Assembly: GCA_041744215.1 (NCBI GenBank)
Contig: JBGTLG010000026.1
Coordinates: 15,598-79,597, forward strand
DNA length: 64,000 bases
Origin: Fimbriimonadales bacterium
GTDB lineage: Bacteria; Armatimonadota; Fimbriimonadia; Fimbriimonadales; ATM1
Direction of reading: 5' to 3'
Numbering within the stretch: the first letter of the stretch is position 1; each line of letters begins with the position of its first letter. The notes under the pieces are model-generated. The model was not told where the DNA came from. It worked only from the letters and a program-made list of their open reading frames with translations, and made no database searches. The translations under genes were made by a program, and so were the position numbers. Below, piece after piece: positions 56,127 through 64,000 of the stretch.

Positions 56127-57653
56127 ATGATCGCAACGCTTGCAGTATGCGCGGTGCTGACCGCGCAGGGAGCGCCAACATTCAAGGTGTCTGCCGCTTC
56201 TCTTTTCAAGAACGGTTACGCAGTGGTAACCCGGGAAGTCCCATTGACAGGGACCAATGTGATGGTGGAAGGCCTGCCTACTGGCTCACTGGGCACGATG
56301 TGGATAACGGCGACGCCCGGAGTGCTGCTTGAAGAAGTAGTACGAACGGAGCGAGAAGTAGAGAACGAGAGCCCAATCGCATCACTCGATGAATTCCTCG
56401 CTGCAAACAAAGATAGAACGCTCACCATCTTTTACGGTGACGACAAGAAAGAGACGGGCATTGTACGCAGCGTAACTGGCACCGTTTTGGTGCTTGAGAA
56501 TAGCGAAGGAATCTTCGCTATTCCCAAGAACCAAGTCCAGCGTGTGACCGGACCTGGGCTGACCTGGACGACGAAAACGAAGTCCAAAGTCGCAGGCCTG
56601 CGCATCAAGTCCAAAATCTCCGGAACGAACCCAAAGCTTTACATCGTGTCACTCGAAAGAGGCATCACATGGGTGCCCGCTTACTCAGTCGACATTAGTG
56701 ACGAAAAGAAGCTGAGCCTTGTTAGCAAGGCGACCATTCTTAATGACCTCGCAGATATTGACAACATTGAACTTCGCCTCATTACTGGCTTCCCGAATCT
56801 GCCATGGATGTCGTATCTCGACCCTCTGACAAGCGGTATGAGCGTTGATCAGTTTGTCAGCATGATGATGAATGTGGGCACGCCTCGCGACGCTGGAATG
56901 GCCTCGCCCGGCGCAGCAATGTCACAGAACGCGATGCGCGCCGATAGGCGGTCAAGTTTTGACGAGGCATTCTCGATTCCCGACCTCCCTGGCGTCATGG
57001 CTGAAGACCTTTTCTTCTACCGATTACCCGGCGTGAATCTGAAAAAGGGCGAGCGTGGGTACTACATTCTTTTCAAGTCGGAGTCTGATTACCAACACGT
57101 TTACACATGGAACGTGCCTGATGCAATTGCTGCAAACGACTATCGGGGTCTGCCAGAAGGCCCTGGCGATGTATGGCACAGCTTAAAATTTAAGAACACG
57201 AGCGAGCGGCCATTCACGACTGCTCCTGCGACAACATTCAAGAATGGCGAGATACTCGGACAAGATATGCTTTACTACGTGAGTCCGGGCGCCGACGCCC
57301 TCGTTCGAATAACGAAGGCGCTTGATGTGCGAGCTGAAGGAAGCGAAGAGGAAGTCGAGCGACAACGCCTCGCAATCAATCAGCCAAGCATAGGGATGTA
57401 CTTCGACCTCGTAACGGTCAAGGGCACTCTTGTGATCAAGAATCGGAAGTCAGAAAAAGTCAAGCTGGAGATCTCGAAGGAGATCACAGGTGAAGTCACT
57501 GCCGCCGATGGAGACCCTAAGATTTCCAAAACGGCGAAGGGCCTGAAAGACACGAATTCCAGAGCGCTCGTTGAATGGTCGAAAGAAGTGGCCTCAGGAG
57601 AATCCCTGACCCTAACCTACACCTACCAGGTCTACGTGAGAACCGCGAGGTAG
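56127..57653 (+). CDS. DUF4139-like secreted protein
   Basis: SLFKNG.A.V.R, W.PAY, L.L.TG motifs; signal peptide. Confidence 0.65.
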   Translation: MIATLAVCAVLTAQGAPTFKVSAASLFKNGYAVVTREVPLTGTNVMVEGLPTGSLGTMWITATPGVLLEEVVRTEREVENESPIASLDEFLAANKDRTLTIFYGDDKKETGIVRSVTGTVLVLENSEGIFAIPKNQVQRVTGPGLTWTTKTKSKVAGLRIKSKISGTNPKLYIVSLERGITWVPAYSVDISDEKKLSLVSKATILNDLADIDNIELRLITGFPNLPWMSYLDPLTSGMSVDQFVSMMMNVGTPRDAGMASPGAAMSQNAMRADRRSSFDEAFSIPDLPGVMAEDLFFYRLPGVNLKKGERGYYILFKSESDYQHVYTWNVPDAIAANDYRGLPEGPGDVWHSLKFKNTSERPFTTAPATTFKNGEILGQDMLYYVSPGADALVRITKALDVRAEGSEEEVERQRLAINQPSIGMYFDLVTVKGTLVIKNRKSEKVKLEISKEITGEVTAADGDPKISKTAKGLKDTNSRALVEWSKEVASGESLTLTYTYQVYVRTAR

Positions 57654-57671
57654 AGGCGGTATAACCGGCCA

Positions 57672-58058
57672 GTGATTTGGATTCAGACCCTGCCAGCATT
57701 CGCTCTCTGGATCGCATACATAGCGATCCGGCGGAGTTGGATGCATGAAAGCCGCGAGCGGTATGCGAACCTGCGGCGCGGCCGCAGAATCGCTTTGATG
57801 CTGTTGTCCGTTTTCGGCTCACTGGCTGTGTTAATCGTCGGGGTCACAGGAGCTGGCCAATTCGGCCTGCTCACGGCGGACGGTGTCTCGCTCCAAGGTT
57901 TTTTGGTGATTGCCATTACGGGATTGGGGTTCGTTCACCTCCAGATGGTGGCGACGGCCCTGACCTTATCACTCGCACTCGACCGTGAAACCAGGGCGGT
58001 GCCTCCGACGTCCAATCAACACAGGTCGCCCCAAGAAGGTACAGGAGAAACACAATGA
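57672..58058 (+). CDS. Hypothetical membrane protein
   Basis: Three hydrophobic segments; operonic spacing. Confidence 0.55.
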   Translation: MIWIQTLPAFALWIAYIAIRRSWMHESRERYANLRRGRRIALMLLSVFGSLAVLIVGVTGAGQFGLLTADGVSLQGFLVIAITGLGFVHLQMVATALTLSLALDRETRAVPPTSNQHRSPQEGTGETQ

Positions 58059-58639
58059 GACTCGCCCTCGCGCTCGTGCTTACATTTGCGCTCCTTTTCG
58101 TTGCTTCGACACAAACGAACCGAGAAGACCCCAACAGGATTCGTCCGGTAATGGAGAAACTCGCTAAGATTGACAAGGCGAATCGTGTTCTCCCGCTGCT
58201 TCTCACCAAGGAGCAGGCGCGCAACTTGCTTCTCGAAATTGAGAAGTGTCGTGTCAACATTCGAAATCAAGAAAAGAAAGAGGCTGACCGGCTGAAGGCG
58301 ATTGAGCCCGAAATCGACACGGTATTGAAGGACGCTGCGTCGGGTGTAGTTCCATCTCAAGAGTTCATCAAGAAAGTCGACGACCTTTTCCGTCAGTTCG
58401 AAAGCGAAAGAAACGGAGTGCGCCTGGCAAACTCGCTGTTATTGAAAGACGCGCTGACGAAACTGCTAAATGCGGGACAATTGCGCGCAATGTCAAACGT
58501 GGTGGATCAGATCTACACGGACCTCGGATACAAGACCGAAGGCGTAACAGAAAACGAGAAGACGATTTATTTTGCGATGGACGTCCTGCTCGACGACGTA
58601 GGCTACCAATTCTTGGCAGACCTGAGCGCGGCGCGCTAA
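58055..58639 (+). CDS. Hypothetical secreted helical protein
   Basis: Signal peptide; AGGAG RBS; ATGA overlap with upstream gene. Confidence 0.65.
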   Translation: MRLALALVLTFALLFVASTQTNREDPNRIRPVMEKLAKIDKANRVLPLLLTKEQARNLLLEIEKCRVNIRNQEKKEADRLKAIEPEIDTVLKDAASGVVPSQEFIKKVDDLFRQFESERNGVRLANSLLLKDALTKLLNAGQLRAMSNVVDQIYTDLGYKTEGVTENEKTIYFAMDVLLDDVGYQFLADLSAAR

Positions 58640-59247
58640 ACGAAAGGTACGAACCTGCATCGCTTGCCGGTCCACTCGGTGCGATCGGCGTATGCGCGGA
58701 CGAGTTCTTGATCCCCGCGACCACCGACGGGTGCCAAGACAAAGCCACCTGGTGCCAGTAGTTCGATAGCCCACTTCGGAATGGTGTCGACGGCGGCGCT
58801 AAAAACAACGCGATCAAACGGCTGTAAGAAATGGACGCTGCCTGCGTCCCCCGCGATGACGTCGATGGCATAGCCCAACTTGGCAAGGGACACTTTAGAC
58901 GACTCAGCTAACTCGGGGATGATCTCAACACCAGTCGATTTTGCGCCCATCTCTGCGAGAAGTGCGAGAAAGTAGCCGCACCCGCTGCCGGCCTCCAGCA
59001 CCGACAGCCCGGATGCTAAGCGAAGTTCCTGAATCATGATCGCGAGCATTGACGGCTGCGATATGGTCGCGCCGCTTGTCAATGGTAGCGCCGAGTCAGC
59101 ATAAGCCGACTCGCGGAAGTCGGGAGGGACGAACTCTTCGCGAGGCACGGCCATGAACGCGCGCTCCACATCAGGGGTGAGTAGACGATAGTCTTTCATC
59201 CGCTCGATCAACTCTCGTCTATTCCGCTCGAAATCAATTTGAGACAA
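58636..59247 (-). CDS. pcm: Protein-L-isoaspartate O-methyltransferase
   Basis: VPREEFVP, AYAD.ALP, TISQP, LEAGSGCGY, RFVPF. Confidence 0.9.
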   Translation of the reverse strand: MSQIDFERNRRELIERMKDYRLLTPDVERAFMAVPREEFVPPDFRESAYADSALPLTSGATISQPSMLAIMIQELRLASGLSVLEAGSGCGYFLALLAEMGAKSTGVEIIPELAESSKVSLAKLGYAIDVIAGDAGSVHFLQPFDRVVFSAAVDTIPKWAIELLAPGGFVLAPVGGRGDQELVRAYADRTEWTGKRCRFVPFV

Positions 59248-59418
59248 TGCTAAAGCATTTTGTCAGGTTTCGCCGCAAGTTCACGGCAATTCTGCTTGTT
59301 TTGTGCTGCGGTCAGCAGATTTTTGCGACATTGCGGAAGAAGCCCGTTGACTTCCACATTTTTGCCTCCGACAATCAAGAGAGGCCAGCACCGCCGGTGC
59401 GGTCCGGGAGACATAACG

Positions 59419-60627
59419 ATGCCGAGATTTGCTTATAGCGCCGTCGACCCTACAGGGCGGACAATCAAGGGTTCGATTGAAGCCGACAATGAAGACCTCG
59501 TTCTGCAGAAACTTCACGACCAGCAGCTCCACGTTACCGAGGTAAAGGCGACCAGGGGCGGGGGTACGAAGAAGGGCCTATTCAAGCCAAGCAAAACGAA
59601 GCTCAAAAACCTTGTTGTCTTTAGCCGTCAGTTTGCGACCATGGTCGACGCGGGAATCCCAATCCTTCGGTGTTTGGAGATACTCCATCAGCAGTCGAAG
59701 GACGTAGTTCTTAAGGAAGCGTCAGGCGAAATCTTAACGGACGTCAAAGGGGGCCTGACGCTCAACGAAGCGTTAGCAAAGCACCCGAACGTTTTCACAA
59801 AGCTGTATGTGAACATGATCCGAGCGGCAGAACTCGGTGGCATTCTTGATACGATCCTGGATCGGCTCGCAGGTTTCTTAGAATACGAGAATGAAGTTAA
59901 GGGAAAGATCAAGGGCGCAATGATGTATCCGGTTCTTGTGCTTTGCTTCTCGGTCATCATGCTGTTCGCGCTGTTCACATTTGTGCTGCCCCGCTTCAAA
60001 GAGATTTTCGCGGGTATGAACGTGGAGATTCCTCCGGTCACAGGATTCCTGTTCTCGATCGGCGATTTCTTCCAGGCCTTTTGGTGGGCCATGATTGGCC
60101 TTGCGATAGGAGCTTTCATCGGCTACAAAGCCTGGTCAAGAACAGAAAAGGGCGCGTACCAGATCGACTTCATCAAGCTGCGAATACCAATCGTTGGAGA
60201 GCTCGTTTTGAAGATGGCGATCGCTCGCTTTGCGCGCACGTTTGGAACACTCATCTCATCAGGTGTTCCTATGATGCGCTCACTCGAGATTGTTGGAGAG
60301 ACGTCAGGGAATCGAGTCATCGCACGGTCGATCGACGACGCGCGAAACTCGATCCGAGAGGGCCAAAAACTAAGTCAACCTCTCACTACGTCGGGCCTTT
60401 TCCCATCTATGGTCACGCACATGATTGACATCGGTGAAGAATCTGGTCGACTCAGTGAGATGCTCGTGAAAGTCGGAGACTTCTACGACCAAGAGGTGGA
60501 ATCGACGGTCAAAGGATTGACCTCGATGATCGAACCTGCACTGATCATCTTCATGGGTGTCGTTGTCGGCTTCATTGCCGTCTCGGTCATGACACCGATC
60601 TTCAAACTAGTCAACTCGGTCAACTAA
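59419..60627 (+). CDS. pilC: Type IV pilus / T2SS inner-membrane platform protein
   Basis: FSRQFATM..AG, AMMYP, ARF.RT..L..SGVP, IGEESG.L, MIEP. Confidence 0.92.
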   Translation: MPRFAYSAVDPTGRTIKGSIEADNEDLVLQKLHDQQLHVTEVKATRGGGTKKGLFKPSKTKLKNLVVFSRQFATMVDAGIPILRCLEILHQQSKDVVLKEASGEILTDVKGGLTLNEALAKHPNVFTKLYVNMIRAAELGGILDTILDRLAGFLEYENEVKGKIKGAMMYPVLVLCFSVIMLFALFTFVLPRFKEIFAGMNVEIPPVTGFLFSIGDFFQAFWWAMIGLAIGAFIGYKAWSRTEKGAYQIDFIKLRIPIVGELVLKMAIARFARTFGTLISSGVPMMRSLEIVGETSGNRVIARSIDDARNSIREGQKLSQPLTTSGLFPSMVTHMIDIGEESGRLSEMLVKVGDFYDQEVESTVKGLTSMIEPALIIFMGVVVGFIAVSVMTPIFKLVNSVN

Positions 60628-60718
60628 GAATCGAAGTGTGTCCTTCTGGTAGCAAGGATTGCCGCTGGTGGACACAGCGCCGAACGGATTCGGCGACCAA
60701 AAATCAACGGAGTGAAGA

Positions 60719-61969
60719 ATGTCGGAAACACAGTCCCGCAGTGATATTGCGGAGGCGCACGTACTTGAGTACGTGCGCACTAAAAACCCGGAAGTCCGAG
60801 ACAAGGTTGTCAGCCTGTGCTCGGATATGGTCGAGCGGATTGCGCGACGATACTCAGGGCTTGAATCCCAGGAGGATCTCGTTCAAGTCGGATACATCGG
60901 CCTGCTGAACGCACTCAGCCTGTTTGAGCCGTCAAAGGGTGTCCGATTCAACACATATGCGACCCACCTCGTTGCGGGTGCGATCAAACATCACCTTCGC
61001 GATCGGTCGAAGATCATCCGCGAACCCGCGTGGCTGCAAGAGATTCGACACAAGACGAACCGCACAGCGGCACAATTGCAGCAGGAACTGGGAAGAGAAG
61101 CGACGCCCGAAGAGATCGCTGAGCGCGCTGAGCTGTTGGCGAGCAACGTACGCGAAGTGCTCGCGACAGACGAACTCTTCAGAGTGCAGAGCCTTACATC
61201 GCCTGCAACAGGCGACGACGAGGATGGCGATGAGCTCGAACTCGTCGACGACTGTCAGCACCTGTTGTCGTTCGAGGACAAGGTGGTTCTTGAAAGAGCG
61301 TTCTCCGGACTGCGTGAGCTGGAGCAGAAAGTTCTGTACCTTTTTCACTTCGAATCGCTGAGCCAAACGGAAATTGCAGCCCGATTGAAGATATCCGGCA
61401 ACTACGTGTCTCACATCATGCGTCAGTCGCTTGCGAAGCTTCGAAACGCGATCACAAATGAAGAGCACATGGACCGAGTGCTCCAGCGGCAATCAAGCGA
61501 CCTTGAAACCGGCGTACTCGACGATCTGACTGGCGCATACACCGAGGAGTACTTGCTGCGACGACTCCAAGAAGAATGCTCGGCGGCAGCGTGCAATGAC
61601 GGCTTCGTGGGGTTTGTGGCCATTCGGTTTGATGGCTTGGATGCTTTACAGCGCTTTTACGGCCCTGATGCAGTGGGGCAGTTTTTGACTGACGCAACAG
61701 AGTTTATTCGAGGATCGGTGAGACGACTGGACATGGTGGGGCGGATAGGTGGAACGGGTTTCGGAGTCGTCTTGCCCGGCACGGGGGCCGCGGTCGCCGT
61801 TGTTCGGGAGCGCTTGGAAGCGCGTCTGCTTGAGTGGCTGAATGCAGGGGCGGCTAAGGCGGGGGTGAGCGTGATGATCGGGGACGCACACTATCCACTT
61901 TCAGGCAGAAATGGCAAGCAGGTGGCAAGCGCTGCCGAACTCAAACCACTTCAGAAACGCGCGGCCTGA
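60719..61969 (+). CDS. SigB/SigF/FliA-type sigma factor fused to a degenerate GGDEF domain
   Basis: EDLVQVGYIGL, FNTYA, region 4 SQTEIA; C-terminal DDLTG...RRLDMVGRIGGTGF. Confidence 0.88.
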   Translation: MSETQSRSDIAEAHVLEYVRTKNPEVRDKVVSLCSDMVERIARRYSGLESQEDLVQVGYIGLLNALSLFEPSKGVRFNTYATHLVAGAIKHHLRDRSKIIREPAWLQEIRHKTNRTAAQLQQELGREATPEEIAERAELLASNVREVLATDELFRVQSLTSPATGDDEDGDELELVDDCQHLLSFEDKVVLERAFSGLRELEQKVLYLFHFESLSQTEIAARLKISGNYVSHIMRQSLAKLRNAITNEEHMDRVLQRQSSDLETGVLDDLTGAYTEEYLLRRLQEECSAAACNDGFVGFVAIRFDGLDALQRFYGPDAVGQFLTDATEFIRGSVRRLDMVGRIGGTGFGVVLPGTGAAVAVVRERLEARLLEWLNAGAAKAGVSVMIGDAHYPLSGRNGKQVASAAELKPLQKRAA

Positions 61970-62171
61970 GGGGGCTGGGCATGCATAGGAGGAGACCGGC
62001 GGATCCAGCGAAGAGCGGGTCCGCCGGATGCTTTAAGCAAAAGGCCGCCCGAGGAATGCCTCCTCGAGCGGCAAATGAATGGCTTATGATTGCCTTATCA
62101 GCTTTGACGCGTGGCATGGCGGGGAGGTTCCCGCAATTTCGCGGGGCAGCCGTGCTAACATCCGGCCTACC

Positions 62172-62597
62172 ATGGATCGAAAAGCTACTGCCGTTTGGAA
62201 AGGAACCCTCAAAGAAGGATCGGGCGCGCTTTCTGCCCCGAGCGGGGCATTCACAGATTTAGCGTACTCGTTCGGAATGCGCTTCGAGAACGACCCAGGG
62301 ACGAACCCTGAGGAGCTTGTTGCCGCAGCGCATTCCGGGTGCTATGCGATGGCGCTGTCCGGCAACATCGACAAAGCGGGATTCACAGCCAGCGAGATCA
62401 CGGCCACGGCCACGGTGACGCTGGAGATGATCGACGGGGCGCCGACCGTTACCAAATCGCATCTCGACGTGAACGCGACGGTTCCGGGGATGTCGACGGA
62501 GCAGTTCGACGAGATCGCTGCTGCGACAAAGGACGGCTGTCCGATTTCTCGATTGCTCACCGCCGACATTTCGCTCTCGGCCAAGTTGAACAGTTAG
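62172..62597 (+). CDS. osmC: OsmC family peroxiredoxin
   Basis: GTNPEEL.AAAH.GC, CPIS. Confidence 0.92.
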   Translation: MDRKATAVWKGTLKEGSGALSAPSGAFTDLAYSFGMRFENDPGTNPEELVAAAHSGCYAMALSGNIDKAGFTASEITATATVTLEMIDGAPTVTKSHLDVNATVPGMSTEQFDEIAAATKDGCPISRLLTADISLSAKLNS

Positions 62598-62600
62598 CCG

Positions 62601-63437
62601 ATGGGCCGAATCATCGTTCCGGAAGCGGAAGCGCTCCTCGATAAAGAGATCCGATGTTTGGACAAGGGTTTTGTGCGCCTTGTCGACTATCTGGGCGGTG
62701 ATGCGCGGATCGTTCAATCGGCTCGCGTTTCGTATGGCGAAGGAACGAAGACTGTTAGGGAAGACAGAGGCCTCATCAACTACTTGATGAAGAACGATCA
62801 CACTTCGCCATTTGAGCAGGTCGTGCTGACGTTTCATTGCAAGATGCCGATTTTTGTCGCGAGGCAATGGGTTCGGCATCGGACCGCGAGGCTCAATGAG
62901 ATCAGCGGACGATATAGCGTCATGAAGGACGAGTTTTACTTGCCCGAGTCGGATCAGGTGCGATTGCAGTCGCAAGTGAACAAGCAGGGGCGAAGCGATG
63001 AAACGATTCCGCTGGATGATGCGATGGCGTTGATCTCGAAGCTTGAGAAATCGAATACGGAGACGTATAGCGATTATGAATCTATGCTCGAGGCTGGGCT
63101 GGCGCGCGAGCTTGCTCGGATCAATTTGCCGATTTCGCTTTACACGGAGTGGTATTGGCAGATCGACTTGCATAATCTGTTTCACTTCATTCATCTTCGC
63201 GCTGATGCGCATGCGCAATATGAGATTCGCGTTTTCGCGCTTGCGCTTGCGGAGTGCGCTCGGGCGGTTGCGCCATTGGCCTATGAGGCGTTTGAGGAGC
63301 ACCGAATGCATGCTGTCAAGTTTTCGCGTTCCGAGTGCCGCGCCTTGGCTGCTCTGCTTCGCGGCGAAGAGCCGGACTTGGAAGAGAGGCCTATGGCCGC
63401 CTTCAAGATCAAGCTATCCAATCTCGATTCGGCGTAG
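62601..63437 (+). CDS. thyX: FAD-dependent thymidylate synthase
   Basis: ARVSY, HTSPFE, RQWVRHRTARLNEISGRY, HAQYEIR. Confidence 0.95.
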   Translation: MGRIIVPEAEALLDKEIRCLDKGFVRLVDYLGGDARIVQSARVSYGEGTKTVREDRGLINYLMKNDHTSPFEQVVLTFHCKMPIFVARQWVRHRTARLNEISGRYSVMKDEFYLPESDQVRLQSQVNKQGRSDETIPLDDAMALISKLEKSNTETYSDYESMLEAGLARELARINLPISLYTEWYWQIDLHNLFHFIHLRADAHAQYEIRVFALALAECARAVAPLAYEAFEEHRMHAVKFSRSECRALAALLRGEEPDLEERPMAAFKIKLSNLDSA

Positions 63438-63494
63438 GTTTTCAAGTTTGTCGGGATGGGGTCGGTTTGTTTCACTGTTTGGTTGACTGCGGAA

Positions 63495-63745
63495 TGTTAA
63501 CGGCTCATCGGAGTCATCGGACTCACTGGACTCATCGAACTCATCACTGTTTATCATTGTTAACGCGGTCTTTTGAACTCGCTGGATGAGTTGGGTGGTG
63601 CGGTGCGAGTGGCTCGGACGCGTTCCGTTGTGCATGAGGGTTCCGTCGGTTAAGTCTTTGGAGCGCCGAAAGTCAACCTGTTGTGAGATTGCGAGTCACC
63701 CCTGTCAGTGGGGATGGGATGCTGGCCAATGCCGTTCACGTACAG
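63495..63745. repeat. Dispersed ~250-bp intergenic repeat, copy 2
   Basis: Aligns with 37740-37986; carries one extra 9-nt internal unit. Confidence 0.9.
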
Positions 63746-64000
63746 CATGAGAACGTTAGCCCATGCTCGTGCGCCGGTTCATTGAATCGCATGTTTGCCA
63801 CTGATACGAATCGGAAGAACTCAGGGGCAAGTCCGCGATCGTAGGCAGCCGTGCATCAAAGCTAATCCCCACGAGACTTGAAGGCTGTCGCGCGGGGATG
63901 CTTGTTTGGGTGTGATTTCGTCTCTATTTCATGGCACGTCACAATCGAAGATCTGTCGCTGCTTTTTTGAGCGGTCCCGGATCAACTGCCGTTCAGCCGC

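Noticed and set aside
61990-62075. Two GC-rich hairpins after the sigma-GGDEF gene as an ncRNA
   Set aside because: They are explained adequately as terminator-like or stabilising stems; no family motif
62259-63311. 350-aa minus-strand ORF and similar long antisense ORFs
   Set aside because: They are shadows of well-supported genes (osmC, thyX) in GC-rich DNA
63500-63550. 9-nt tandem units as a CRISPR array
   Set aside because: Units are too short, there are no unique spacers and no cas genes in the window

Overview
GC-rich bacterial chromosomal window. The gene content (PEP-CTERM proteins, orphan prepilin, DUF1800/DUF1501 pair, thyX) suggests Armatimonadota (Fimbriimonadaceae-like), which is an inference. 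Core genes: the rpsB-tsf-pyrH-frr-uppS cluster (interrupted twice by opposite-strand insertions), an rpsU-HD phosphohydrolase-ybeY-dgkA-hemolysin-rtcA-like operon, leuA, transaldolase, xylB, ribBA-ribH, pabB/pabC fusion, pcm, pilC, osmC, thyX and tRNA-Ala(CGC). Accessory content: a scrambled, partly decayed nitrate-reduction region (about 24.4-35.6 kb) with its own Crp/Fnr regulator and repeated operator, and a LuxR/thioredoxin-like/prepilin/Cys-rich-protein cassette. Top candidates for novelty: (1) a SigB/F-type sigma factor fused to a catalytically dead GGDEF domain that keeps the RxxD c-di-GMP site, next to pilC; (2) a c-di-AMP riboswitch controlling a small unknown coiled-coil protein; (3) an RtcA homolog lacking its catalytic His at the end of the ybeY operon; (4) a non-canonical, possibly membrane-linked NasA-type nitrate reductase system; (5) a ~250-bp non-coding element present in two copies. 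All calls come from reading motifs by eye; no database searches were run.
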